From an uncultured Ruminococcus sp. (lineage in GTDB: Bacteria; Bacillota; Clostridia; Oscillospirales; Acutalibacteraceae), in contig CALYBP010000005.1 of assembly GCA_944415425.1 (NCBI GenBank), positions 487 to 64,486 on the forward strand: DNA of 64,000 nt, written 5' to 3'. The notes below the pieces were generated by a model. It was given only the letters and a program-made list of their open reading frames with translations. It was not told the origin of the DNA and did not search any database. Each line of letters starts with the position of its first letter. Position 1 is the stretch's first letter. Below are positions 10,007 through 19,573 of this stretch, one piece after another. A program made the translations under genes and the position numbers.

Positions 10007-10828
10007 TTAAGTGTTTCTGACTTTGGGGTACGCAAGCGCGATACAGCCCGTTGTACATTCTCTTGCACAGACGCCGAAATCGGGACAGCCGGAGCATTTT
10101 GAGCTGTCAATAACTGCGAGGTTGTCAACCACCTTTACAGCTCCGAGAGGGCATACCTTTTCGCACTTTTTGCACCCGATACAGCCGTTTTTGCACGCCT
10201 TGCGGGTAACTCCTCCCTTGTCTTTGCTGCTGCAAGCAGTCACCGCGCGCTGTACATCGGGGGTGAGTACGATTATATTGTTCGGACACGCCTTTACGCA
10301 AAGTCCGCATCCGACGCAGTTATTTGTGTTTACACGGGCAACGCCGCCCTCAAGGCAAACTGCTTCGTTTGGGCACACCTTTGCACAGTCGCCGAGCCCC
10401 AGACAGCCAAAGGAGCACTGCCCTTTTGAGCCGAAAATCTGTTTTGCGGCGGCACAGCTTGATATTCCGATATATTCGACCCTGTCCTCGGTTGCCGTGC
10501 AGTCGCCCGAGCAGCGCACAAAAGCGACCTGTTCTATTACGTCTTCAAATTCAACGCCTAAAATATCACTCAGCTTTCGTGAAACCAAATCGCCGCCCGG
10601 AACGCAGAGGTTTGTTGCGGTTTTTGAGTCCTCCGCAAGAGCCTTTGCGTATCCGTCACAGCCGGCAAAGCCGCACGCACCGCAGTTTGCGCCGGGCAGA
10701 CATTCCCTGATTTGCGGGATTTTTTCGTTTTCCTTTACGCCCATAAATTTGGAGGCGGCAACAAGCACAACGGCACAGATTAAGCCGATAATCACAACGG
10801 GGATTACGGCGGTCAGTATTTCGTTCAT
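10007..10828 (-). CDS. rnfB: Rnf complex subunit B
   Basis: LPGANCGACGFAGC motif plus several CxxCxxCxxxCP ferredoxin motifs. Start ATG 10828 follows GGAGG. Confidence 0.93.
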   Translation of the reverse strand: MNEILTAVIPVVIIGLICAVVLVAASKFMGVKENEKIPQIRECLPGANCGACGFAGCDGYAKALAEDSKTATNLCVPGGDLVSRKLSDILGVEFEDVIEQVAFVRCSGDCTATEDRVEYIGISSCAAAKQIFGSKGQCSFGCLGLGDCAKVCPNEAVCLEGGVARVNTNNCVGCGLCVKACPNNIIVLTPDVQRAVTACSSKDKGGVTRKACKNGCIGCKKCEKVCPLGAVKVVDNLAVIDSSKCSGCPDFGVCARECTTGCIALAYPKVRNT

Positions 10829-10841
10829 AAGCACACCTCCG

Positions 10842-11432
10842 TTATGCAAACAGGTTTTCTATAACGCCCGAAAATCCAAGGAAGGAAAGCGAGGTTATTG
10901 AAGCCGCAACAAGTGTAACGGGAAGTCCCTGAAATGCCTTCGGAACATCGGCACCCTCAATTTTTGAGCGCACTCCCGAAAACATAACCATCGCAAGTAA
11001 AAATCCAACTCCGCTTCCCAGCGAATTTACCATTGCTTCCGCAAAGGTGTAGCCCTCGTCGATGTTGAGAATCGTAACTCCCAGTACGGCGCAGTTTGTT
11101 GTAATTAGGGGAAGATATACGCCGAGCGACTTGTGAAGCGAAGGGATATACCTTTTGAGTATAATCTCAACAAGCTGTACGAGTGCGGCGATTACAAGTA
11201 TAAATACGATTGTCTGCAAATAGCCGAGATTGTTCGGGTCAAGAAGATATATTTGTATGGGCCATGTAACGGCTGTTGCGATAAGCATTACAAAAATTAC
11301 GGCAACGCTCATTCCGACCGCCTGATTGAGCTTTTTTGAAACGCCCAAAAACGGACAAATTCCCAAAAACCGTGACAGTACATAGTTGTTGATGAACACG
11401 GCGGAGAGCATAATTACAATAAATTTCGTCAT
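10842..11432 (-). CDS. rnfA: Rnf complex subunit A
   Basis: FLGICPFLGVS, LPLITTNCAVLG; operon position. Confidence 0.93.
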   Translation of the reverse strand: MTKFIVIMLSAVFINNYVLSRFLGICPFLGVSKKLNQAVGMSVAVIFVMLIATAVTWPIQIYLLDPNNLGYLQTIVFILVIAALVQLVEIILKRYIPSLHKSLGVYLPLITTNCAVLGVTILNIDEGYTFAEAMVNSLGSGVGFLLAMVMFSGVRSKIEGADVPKAFQGLPVTLVAASITSLSFLGFSGVIENLFA

Positions 11433-12103
11433 TTTGCTTCCTCCTGTTCACCGTTTGATTTTCCGCAGATGTCGGCCGAGGGACAGCCTGCACATCCGAA
11501 GTTTTTCTTTGAGTTTTTGCCGTGCGATATTTTGTTGACAACGGCAATGAGTATGCCGAATACAAGAAATCCTCCCGGCGCCATCGTCATAATGGAAATG
11601 CTGTTGTCGGAGAGGATCGGAATCTCAAAGCCCATCCAGCTTCCGTTTCCGAGTATCTCGCGGATAGACGACATCATAAAGAGTGCAAGCGTAAATCCTG
11701 CTCCCATTCCCAAAGCGTCGATTGCCGAATCAATTACTTTGTTTTTGTTTGCAAACATTTCGGCTCTGCCGAGAATAATGCAGTTTACAACTATCAGCGG
11801 AAGATAAATTCCCAATGCTTCGTCAAGTGCGGGTGCGAACGCCTTTACAAGCATCTGCACCATCGTAACAAAGCCTGCGATAAGGACGATATAGCACGGG
11901 ATACGCACTTTGTCGGGGATAATATTTCGTAATGCTGAAATTACAATGTTTGAGCAAAGCAAAACCGCCGTTGCCGCCGCCCCCATTCCTATTGCGCTTG
12001 AAACGCCGGTTGTGACCGCAAGGGTGGGGCAGGTTCCGAGCACAAGGACAAGAACGGGATTTTCTTTTATAAGTCCTTTAAGGAAATTTTGTCTTTTGTT
12101 CAC
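11429..12103 (-). CDS. rnfE: Rnf complex subunit E
   Basis: LGTCPTLAVT, LPLIVVNCIILGRAE. Confidence 0.93.
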   Translation of the reverse strand: MNKRQNFLKGLIKENPVLVLVLGTCPTLAVTTGVSSAIGMGAAATAVLLCSNIVISALRNIIPDKVRIPCYIVLIAGFVTMVQMLVKAFAPALDEALGIYLPLIVVNCIILGRAEMFANKNKVIDSAIDALGMGAGFTLALFMMSSIREILGNGSWMGFEIPILSDNSISIMTMAPGGFLVFGILIAVVNKISHGKNSKKNFGCAGCPSADICGKSNGEQEEAK

Positions 12104-12636
12104 TTAACTGCCTCCTTTGCAACATCGTACGCTTCAAACGCCGCCTCAACAGCGCTTTTGTAGGCGTTTGAAGAAATTGTCGCTCCCGAAATAGCGTCAA
12201 CCTCGCTCAGGGTATCCGAGGTTTTGCCCGAATATTGGCTTTTGTACGGATCTTCTGTGATTTTTGAGCCGAGCCCGCTGGTTTCGGAGTGTGAGAGCGT
12301 TTGGCACTGTTCTATCTTGCCGTCGGATTTTATTCCGCAAATCAGATTAATATCGCCGCCGTAGCCCTTTGCTGTCATCATAAACACATAGCCTGCGCCG
12401 TTTTCGGCACGGTAAGCGTCCGTTACGCTGTCTGGGATATTTTTAAGCGTGAGCTTTTCAAAGCTGTCCGCTTCCTTTAAGACCTCCGACATCGCCTGTT
12501 CGGTTTTCGCCTGTTCTGCCTTTGCAATTATCGGTGATGTCACGGTGTTGACATATGCAAGCAGTGCCGTTACAACAAGACATATTACAACAAGCACCAA
12601 AACGGGCTTTATCATTTCCGAAAATGTGTTTTTCAT
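12100..12636 (-). CDS. rnfG: Rnf complex subunit G (FMN-binding)
   Basis: N-terminal TM; KGYGG; HSETSGLG; flavinylation motif DAISGAT. Confidence 0.9.
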   Translation of the reverse strand: MKNTFSEMIKPVLVLVVICLVVTALLAYVNTVTSPIIAKAEQAKTEQAMSEVLKEADSFEKLTLKNIPDSVTDAYRAENGAGYVFMMTAKGYGGDINLICGIKSDGKIEQCQTLSHSETSGLGSKITEDPYKSQYSGKTSDTLSEVDAISGATISSNAYKSAVEAAFEAYDVAKEAVK

Positions 12637-13553
12637 CGCCTGTCACCTCCCGCAAGAGGTTTCGGCTGTGTAAGCCTTGAAATATAGGGTGTAAAAATAT
12701 TCATAAGCAAGATTGAATACGACACGCCCTCGGGAGAAGCTCCCCAGAATCTTATCAGCACCGTAACAAGTCCGCAGCCTATGCCGAAAATTATCTTGCC
12801 CCATTTTGTGCAGGGGGTAGTTGCGTAGTCGGTAGCCATAAAGAAAGCGCCGATTACAAGTCCGCCCGACATAAGCTGGTAAAGAGGAGCTTTGTCAAAA
12901 ATCAGCGACATTATAAGCACAGTGCCGATAAATGCAACAGGGGTGTGCCAGGTTATTACTTTTCTTGCGATAAGGTAAATTCCGCCGGCAAGCAGGGCGA
13001 TTATGCAGGTTTCACCCAGACATCCGCCGTGAAGCCCGAAAAGCATATCGGTGTAGGACGGAAGCGCTTCAGGATTTCCGCCCGACATAAGGGAAAGCGG
13101 AGTTGCGCTCGATACGCCGTCGGGAAAAGTCCAAGAGGTCATTGTTTTTGAAAAGGCTATTAGCATGACGATTCTTGCCGTGATTGCGGGGTTTGCAAAG
13201 TTTTGACCTATTCCGCCGAAAAGCTGTTTTACAACCACTATCGCAAACAGGCTTCCGAATGCAGCTTGCCACAGCGGAATTGAAACAGGCAGGTTGTAGG
13301 CGAGCAAAACTCCCGTTACGACCGCCGAAAGGTCAAAGACGGTATTGTCTTTTTTGCAGATTTTTTCAAACGCCCACTCCGATACTACGCATACCAAAAC
13401 GCATACGCCTATAACCAAAAGCGACCTCAGACCGAAGATAATAACCGACGCAACGCCTGCGGGAATCAGGGCGATCAGCACATCACGCATAATTTTCTGC
13501 GTAGTTCTCGGTGATGTAATATGGGGCGATGAAGAGGAAATAAGCTTATTCAT
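12633..13553 (-). CDS. rnfD: Rnf complex subunit D
   Basis: SSPHI, FGGIGQNFANPA, flavinylation motif VSSATPL, FFMATDY. Confidence 0.93.
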   Translation of the reverse strand: MNKLISSSSPHITSPRTTQKIMRDVLIALIPAGVASVIIFGLRSLLVIGVCVLVCVVSEWAFEKICKKDNTVFDLSAVVTGVLLAYNLPVSIPLWQAAFGSLFAIVVVKQLFGGIGQNFANPAITARIVMLIAFSKTMTSWTFPDGVSSATPLSLMSGGNPEALPSYTDMLFGLHGGCLGETCIIALLAGGIYLIARKVITWHTPVAFIGTVLIMSLIFDKAPLYQLMSGGLVIGAFFMATDYATTPCTKWGKIIFGIGCGLVTVLIRFWGASPEGVSYSILLMNIFTPYISRLTQPKPLAGGDRR

Positions 13554-14871
13554 TTTTACCCTCCTTTAATGCCCTTTGCTGTGATAAATATTTGTTAAGC
13601 CTTGCTTTGGCAAGCCTGTTGTTCTGTACGATAGGTCTCTTTGCGGGACACACATAAGCGCAGCAGCCGCATTCCATACACAAATCGGCGTGCTGTTTTT
13701 TCAGCTCCTCGTCAAGTCCCAGCTTTAATGCCTTGGAAATTTTTCTTGGGTCAAGCCTTAAAGGACAGTTGTTTAAGCACTCTCCGCAGTTAATGCAGGC
13801 TGAAGCTTTGGGAGGTCTTGCGTCTTTTTCGTCCATCGCGATAACGGCGTTTGTCATTTTGAGCACGGGCGAGTCAAGCGACGGTACGGCAATTCCCATC
13901 ATCGGTCCGCCGTAAAGCACTTTTTTCGGTTTCGCCTTAAAGCCTCCGCAAAAATCAAACAGATTTTGCACGGGCGTGCCGATTGGCGCAATTACATTTT
14001 TGGGCTCTTTTACACAGCTTCCGTCAACGGTGACGCATTTTTCCGTAAGGGGCATACCTGTTTCAATATATTCTGCGATACAGGCAAGCGTGGTGCAGTT
14101 TAAAACTACCGCACCGACATCAAGCGGAAGTCCTCCCTTGGGAATAAGTCTGCCTGTTGTGTTGTAAACAAGCACCTTTTCGCCGCCCTGCGGATAAATC
14201 GACGGCAGTACCTTTACGATAACGCCGTTTTTGATGTCTGCTATCTCCTGCATTTTTTGAATACACGGCTTTTTGTTGTTTTCTATCCCGATAATAATGC
14301 GCTTTGTACCGAGATATTTTTGAATCAGGTCAATGCCCTTTGAAATGTACTCGGCTTTGTCAAGCATCGTGCGTGTGTCGGAGGTTATGTACGGCTCACA
14401 TTCCGCCGCATTGATTATAACCGTGTCAACTGCTGACAAATCCTTTATATTAAGCTTTACAAAGGTAGGAAATCCCGCACCGCCCAGTCCGACAACGCCG
14501 CTGTTTTTGACTGCTTCTATGAAGCTTTCAAAATCAGTAACAACGGGCGGTTTTACATCTTCGCACAGCTCCTGCAAACCGTCGGTTTCTATAACGGCGG
14601 CAGAGGTCCTTGCAGCTCCTGCCATTGTGATGATTTCCGTTTTTTTCACCGTTCCCGACACGCTCGAGTGTATCGGCGAGCTTATAAAACCGTCGGGCAA
14701 GCCGATTATCTGCCCCACTTTGACATGATCTCCCGCTTTCACCGAAAGTTTGCAGGGCTTTCCGATGTGCATAGACATCGGTATCAGCACGGTTTTGGGC
14801 AGAGGTATTCTCTGCGGCACGCTGTTTGCCGTGTTCTTTCGGTGAGGAACCTTTATACCTTTTAATCTCAT
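13546..14871 (-). CDS. rnfC: Rnf complex subunit C
   Basis: GVVGLGGAGFPT, NAAECEPYITSD, YPQGGEK and two 4Fe-4S motifs. Confidence 0.94.
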   Translation of the reverse strand: MRLKGIKVPHRKNTANSVPQRIPLPKTVLIPMSMHIGKPCKLSVKAGDHVKVGQIIGLPDGFISSPIHSSVSGTVKKTEIITMAGAARTSAAVIETDGLQELCEDVKPPVVTDFESFIEAVKNSGVVGLGGAGFPTFVKLNIKDLSAVDTVIINAAECEPYITSDTRTMLDKAEYISKGIDLIQKYLGTKRIIIGIENNKKPCIQKMQEIADIKNGVIVKVLPSIYPQGGEKVLVYNTTGRLIPKGGLPLDVGAVVLNCTTLACIAEYIETGMPLTEKCVTVDGSCVKEPKNVIAPIGTPVQNLFDFCGGFKAKPKKVLYGGPMMGIAVPSLDSPVLKMTNAVIAMDEKDARPPKASACINCGECLNNCPLRLDPRKISKALKLGLDEELKKQHADLCMECGCCAYVCPAKRPIVQNNRLAKARLNKYLSQQRALKEGKNE

Positions 14872-14891
14872 CTGTTCGTATCCTCCGTTTG

Positions 14892-15404
14892 TTATGTGTT
14901 AAGCTGTTTGCTGATTTGTTTTTGTAGTCTTTTAAGCACAAGCTGTGCACACAGTCCCGTAAAAGCTCCCGCAATAATTCCCGAAACCGCAAGCACGGGA
15001 AGGTAATACATAAGCTGCGGCGTCTGTGTAATTAAAACCGCCGTTAAAAGCTGTCCGAGGTTGTGGGTGACGGCGCAAAGCACGCTCAAAACCCAGAGTT
15101 GTCTGAGCGGGAAAAAGCGTTTTAAAAGTATCATAAGCAAAAATGAAAGCAGTCCTCCCGCTAAGCTGTACAAAAAAGAAACGAGCTGTCCCGTGAATAT
15201 GCTTCCGATTGTGATTCGTAGTATCAGCAGAGCAAAAGCATACGGCGCACCTATGCTGTACAGCGTAAAGAGAGTAAAAATATTCGCAATCCCAAGCTTT
15301 ACTCCGTATATGGGTGTAAGCGGAGGAATTGAAGCCTCAATTACAAATGATACAAGTGCAAGGGCGGTTAAGACCGAAGTGAAAATCATCTTTTTGGTTT
15401 TCAT
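14892..15404 (-). CDS. Gx transporter family / heptaprenyl diphosphate synthase component I-like membrane protein
   Basis: PIYGVKLGIANI and HNLGQL motifs; usual neighbour of clostridial rnf operons. Confidence 0.8.
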   Translation of the reverse strand: MKTKKMIFTSVLTALALVSFVIEASIPPLTPIYGVKLGIANIFTLFTLYSIGAPYAFALLILRITIGSIFTGQLVSFLYSLAGGLLSFLLMILLKRFFPLRQLWVLSVLCAVTHNLGQLLTAVLITQTPQLMYYLPVLAVSGIIAGAFTGLCAQLVLKRLQKQISKQLNT

Positions 15405-15405
15405 A

Positions 15406-15780
15406 TTACCTCCCTGTCATAGCGTCCGCAGAGGGCGCATTATCTTCAAACTTTATTACGATTTTATTGGGCAGACAAACTATGGGAGAGGCGGAGCTTT
15501 TAAGTTCTCCGTGTTTTACGCAGAGCTTGTCGGGACAGTCTGCACTTTGCATTTTGATATGACCGTGCGACACAAGGATTACATTGTCGCCGTATTCGCC
15601 CGAAAGGGTAATTTCCTCAGGCTGCGTCACGCTTGAAAGGTCTATTTGTTTTACTAATACTCCGTCCTGATAAATTCCGACTGTTTCGGACGGTGACAAA
15701 AAAGCCGAAAAGTACAGCCATACGCACACGCACAGTACACAGGCGAGTGAAAAAATAATTATCCATGTTCGGGTTTTCAT
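15406..15780 (-). CDS. NusG domain II-containing (DUF1312-like) exported protein
   Basis: N-terminal TM; ADCPDKLCVKHG and IVCLPNKIVI. Confidence 0.82.
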   Translation of the reverse strand: MKTRTWIIIFSLACVLCVCVWLYFSAFLSPSETVGIYQDGVLVKQIDLSSVTQPEEITLSGEYGDNVILVSHGHIKMQSADCPDKLCVKHGELKSSASPIVCLPNKIVIKFEDNAPSADAMTGR

Positions 15781-16785
15781 TTATATTATCTCGAAGCTCC
15801 TCTCCGATGAAAAATTGTTTATGAGGTTGTCGGTTATATAAATTTTGTTGTCGTCCGTAATAAAAACCGCGCCGAAAAGCGAGCTGTTATCAGCATACAG
15901 CTTTTTTGCGTTTTGAAGTCCCATAACAAAAAGCGCCGTTGAAAGGCCGTCGGCGAGCGTGTCGTCTTGTGATACTACGGTCACGGACTTTAATCCGCTG
16001 TTTGCCGGGTATCCCGTTTCAGTATCAATTATATGATGATAAATTTGTCCGTTTTCTTCAAAATAACGCTGATAGCCTCCCGACGTAACAACCGCTGTGT
16101 CGCTGATTTTGAGAGTGCCCGCTTGTTTTGTGCTGTCGTCGGGGTCGCAGATTGCAACGCTCCAGTCTGAACCGTCGGGTTTTGAGCCTACGGCACGGAC
16201 ATTGCCTCCCAGCGATATGAGTGCCGAAGACACGCCGTTTTCTTTTAGTACTCGGTACACTTCGCCCGACGCATAGCCTTTTGCGACTGCTCCGAGGTCG
16301 AGAGAAGTATTCTTGTCAAGGGTTACTGTGTTTTTGTCAATTTTTATATGCTCTGTACCTACTCCCTTGAGGGCGGTTTCAATCTCATCTTGTGAGGGAA
16401 CCTTGTTTTTAAGTCCCGAATAAAATCCCCACGCCCTCATAAGAGGCTCGCAGGTGATGTCAAAGCAGTTGTCGGTAAGGCTTGAAATTTCTTTTGAACG
16501 CTTTATAACGCTGAGCGTGTCGGGGGATACGCTCAGTGATTTTTCCCGGTTCAGTTTGTATATTTCGCTGTCCTCTTTTTGAACGGAAAGCAAATCGTCA
16601 AGTTCATATATCCTGTCCTGTGCCGCAGACACCGCATTTTCGCGGTTATCTCCGTAGGCTGTAATTGTCATTACCGTGTCCATTGCGAAAAATTCGCTGC
16701 TGTAAACAGAGCCTATGTCACATCCGCCGAATGAAATTGCCGTAACGGCGGCAATAAAAATACAGAATAAACGCAAAAGTTTCAA
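15781..16785 (-). CDS. apbE: FAD:protein FMN transferase (lipoprotein)
   Basis: Lipobox FGGC; FAMDT; LDLGAVAKGYA; TSGGYQRY; HHIID; ADGLSTA. Confidence 0.93.
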   Translation of the reverse strand: MKLLRLFCIFIAAVTAISFGGCDIGSVYSSEFFAMDTVMTITAYGDNRENAVSAAQDRIYELDDLLSVQKEDSEIYKLNREKSLSVSPDTLSVIKRSKEISSLTDNCFDITCEPLMRAWGFYSGLKNKVPSQDEIETALKGVGTEHIKIDKNTVTLDKNTSLDLGAVAKGYASGEVYRVLKENGVSSALISLGGNVRAVGSKPDGSDWSVAICDPDDSTKQAGTLKISDTAVVTSGGYQRYFEENGQIYHHIIDTETGYPANSGLKSVTVVSQDDTLADGLSTALFVMGLQNAKKLYADNSSLFGAVFITDDNKIYITDNLINNFSSERSFEII

Positions 16786-16945
16786 ATAATCAAACCCTTA
16801 AAAGACATCATTGAGTTTATTATACAGCAAAATTTCAAAATAGCCAATATTGTTTTTTAAAAATACAAAATTTTATCAAAATTTATCAGATAGGTGTTAA
16901 AAAAACAAAAAGGACGCAAATTTATGCGTCCTCCGTTAGTTTTTG

Positions 16946-16981
16946 TAAGGCTTACGGCAAAGCGGTTTGCCGCAAGCCTTA
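16946..16981. terminator. Stem-loop downstream of the nucleotidyltransferase gene, probable terminator
   Basis: TAAGGCTT(A)CGGCAAA-GCGG-TTTGCCG(C)AAGCCTTA. A second hairpin GGACGCA-AATTTA-TGCGTCC lies just upstream. Confidence 0.55.
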
Positions 16982-17006
16982 GGTTAAACTTTTATATTAA
17001 AATTAT

Positions 17007-17810
17007 TTATTCGTATTTTTCCAAAACTCTGTCGAGCTTTTTTACCATATCGCATACGATTTCGTATGAGCCGCCCGACGCGGCCGATGATATAAGAGCG
17101 TTTACATTTTCCTCAAACTTTTCGGGCAGTATTTTGCAGGTGCTTTTGCACAGGGATACAAGCCGTTTTTCTCCGGGATGGGTCTGTCTGTTGAGTGCAA
17201 AAATAATATCAAAGTAGCTTTCTAAAAATGCTGTTATCCTGTGGTTGACGCTTACAAGGTCGCCTCTCTGCTGCACCTTTTTTATCTGCATATCATATGA
17301 GGGAAGTTTGCCGCTTAAAAGATTTCGGTTGTTTTCAATTATATTTTTTCTGAGCTTTTCGGGGTAGGGAATATCATACTTCTTTTGCAGAGCCGTAAAT
17401 TCTCCCGTCTTGTCAAAAAGCACTTTGCTGTTTTTAAAATTATGCCAAAAGCAGGTAGTGTAGCCGTTAAAAGGCTTTCCGTCCTCGACCACAAGGTTCA
17501 AATATTTTGAGAACACATCTGTATTGCGGTAGATAATATCAAGACCCACGCCGCTTTTCATTATACAGTTGTCCTCAAGCTCCCAGTAATGGTTACCGAT
17601 TTCAGCCGTAATGCAAAACGGCATAACTGTCTTGCGCTTTGTTTCGTTGTCGAGTTCCGAATTAAGGTAAACATAAATGTCATAATCGGAGTTTTCGTCG
17701 TTTGTACCGGTAGAGCGAGAACCGCCGAGAACAACGGCATCGGTTTCCTTGAGATTTTCAAAACCCAAAATAATGGAATTAAGATTGTCTTCGTTTATAT
17801 ATTTTGTCAT
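17007..17810 (-). CDS. Nucleotidyltransferase with DUF4037-like helical C-terminus
   Basis: Pol-beta NTase motif LGGSRSTG...SDYDIYVY. Confidence 0.8.
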   Translation of the reverse strand: MTKYINEDNLNSIILGFENLKETDAVVLGGSRSTGTNDENSDYDIYVYLNSELDNETKRKTVMPFCITAEIGNHYWELEDNCIMKSGVGLDIIYRNTDVFSKYLNLVVEDGKPFNGYTTCFWHNFKNSKVLFDKTGEFTALQKKYDIPYPEKLRKNIIENNRNLLSGKLPSYDMQIKKVQQRGDLVSVNHRITAFLESYFDIIFALNRQTHPGEKRLVSLCKSTCKILPEKFEENVNALISSAASGGSYEIVCDMVKKLDRVLEKYE

Positions 17811-18000
17811 ATAACGCTTCCCCCGTTATGTATTTCTGTTTTTTAATTATAGCATTTAATGTAATGATTTATCAATTCAATATTTTTTAAAAATATGGCA
17901 TTTTGTTATTAAAACAATTGATTTTTAATTTTTTATTTGTTACTATATCTATAATGAACAAATAAGGTTGCCCTGATTATTTGCGAAAGGAGGACGGCGT

Positions 18001-18705
18001 ATGAAAAAAACAGAATACGGCGACGGCTTTGAATCAATCAAAGGAGGCCGCCTAAATATGTATGACGATGATAATTTCGATGTTGACGGTACAGGCCAAA
18101 TTCCGAGCCGAAATATACACAGCGACGCAGATGATAAAGGCTTATACGAAGCTGACAGCGGAGATTACGGCGATAATTTTGATTCCCAAACGGGGGAAGA
18201 CGCTAAAGAAAATATGTATGACGACGATTACGAAGACAGTAAAGAGGAGTATTACATAAACACAACCCCGAGCGACCGCAAAAATAGAAGGGGCAATAAC
18301 AGAAAAAAGAGCCAAAAGAAAAACGGCTCAAATAAGAAAGTATCTGTTATTTTAGCTGTTTTGGCGGTGCTTTGTCTTATTGCGGCAGTAATTTTTGCGG
18401 TGTCGCAGTGTTCGGATGAGGACGGTGACTCAAAGGCGACGACCGCTCCGACCACAAAGGGTTCAACTGCTGTTCAAACTACTCAGCCGCAGTATTATGA
18501 AACGGAGGCTTACACCGAGCCGGTCGAAACGGAGGCGCCGACGCAGATTTATACAGAGGAACCGACTGAGGTTTATACACAACCTCCCACCCAGGCGCCC
18601 GAAACTCAGGCGCCCACTCAAACAGAGCCTGTTGTTACCGAGCCGCAAACAGAAGCTACTGAAGTTACACAAATACAGCAAACTACGGAAGTACCCGTTG
18701 TATAA
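18001..18705 (+). CDS. Single-pass membrane protein with acidic N-terminus and Pro/Thr/Glu-rich tail
   Basis: Strong RBS AGGAGG; D/E-rich N-terminus, basic patch, TM ending AVSQC, then TEP/TQAP repeats. Confidence 0.7.
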   Translation: MKKTEYGDGFESIKGGRLNMYDDDNFDVDGTGQIPSRNIHSDADDKGLYEADSGDYGDNFDSQTGEDAKENMYDDDYEDSKEEYYINTTPSDRKNRRGNNRKKSQKKNGSNKKVSVILAVLAVLCLIAAVIFAVSQCSDEDGDSKATTAPTTKGSTAVQTTQPQYYETEAYTEPVETEAPTQIYTEEPTEVYTQPPTQAPETQAPTQTEPVVTEPQTEATEVTQIQQTTEVPVV

Positions 18706-18733
18706 AAATTTTAATTATGAAAAGAGGATAAAA

Positions 18734-19555
18734 ATGGGATGTAATCACGATTGTTCATCGTGCTCGTCAAACTGCAAGGAAAACGGACAAAGCGATTTGC
18801 ACGAGGAACTTAACAAGCACAGCAAAGTTAAAAAGGTTATCGGCGTAGTGTCGGGAAAGGGCGGAGTAGGAAAAAGCCTTGTTACCTCAATGCTTGCCGT
18901 AACAATGAACAGACTGGGCAAAAGAACGGCTGTTCTTGATGCCGATATAACAGGTCCGTCAATACCAAAAGCTTTTGGACGCACACAGAGATGTATGGGA
19001 AGTGACGAGGGAATTATACCCGTTGTTACCGAAACAGGCATAAAAATAATGTCAATTAACCTCCTGCTTGAAAACGAAACAGACCCCGTTGTTTGGCGTG
19101 CTCCTATGATTACGGGAACGGTTAAGCAGTTCTGGACAGACGTTGTGTGGGGCGATGTAGATTATATGTTTGTGGATATGCCGCCCGGAACGGGAGACGT
19201 TGTGCTTACGGTATTCCAGAGCATTCCGCTTGACGGAATAGTAGTTGTGGCTTCTCCGCAGGAGCTTGTTGGAATGATTGTCGAAAAGGCTGTTAAAATG
19301 GCGGAGATGATGAAGGTTCCCATACTCGGTCTCGTTGAAAATATGAGCTACTTTGCCTGCCCCGACTGCGGCAAAAAATTCTCTCTGTTCGGTGAAAGCC
19401 ATATTGACGAAATTGCGGAAAAATACGGCACAAAGGTGCTTGCAAAGCTTCCTATTGACCCCGACCTTGCAAAGAGTGTGGATGAGGGAAGAATAGAGTC
19501 ATTTGAGGGCTGTTATCTTGACGAAGCGGCAGAGGCTCTTGAAAATAACAAATAA
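18734..19555 (+). CDS. mrp: Mrp/NBP35 (ApbC) iron-sulfur cluster carrier ATPase
   Basis: N-terminal CNHDCSSCSSNC; GKGGVGKS; DMPPGTGD; ENMSYFACPDC. True start ATG 18734; the 18395 ORF extension is spurious. Confidence 0.92.
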   Translation: MGCNHDCSSCSSNCKENGQSDLHEELNKHSKVKKVIGVVSGKGGVGKSLVTSMLAVTMNRLGKRTAVLDADITGPSIPKAFGRTQRCMGSDEGIIPVVTETGIKIMSINLLLENETDPVVWRAPMITGTVKQFWTDVVWGDVDYMFVDMPPGTGDVVLTVFQSIPLDGIVVVASPQELVGMIVEKAVKMAEMMKVPILGLVENMSYFACPDCGKKFSLFGESHIDEIAEKYGTKVLAKLPIDPDLAKSVDEGRIESFEGCYLDEAAEALENNK

Positions 19556-19573
19556 AATATGCGGTAACAGAAT

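Noticed and set aside
10011-10901. 296-aa plus-strand ORF and other ORFs antisense to rnf genes
   Set aside because: Shadow ORFs opposite well-supported genes; no RBS or recognisable motifs.
18480-18700. Short DNA repeats considered as a CRISPR array or VNTR
   Set aside because: Degenerate coding repeats of a Pro/Thr-rich tail. No regular repeat-spacer array or cas gene was seen anywhere in the window.
18395-18733. N-terminal extension of the Mrp ORF
   Set aside because: Overlaps the upstream gene in another frame; Mrp begins at ATG 18734 with a GAGGA RBS.
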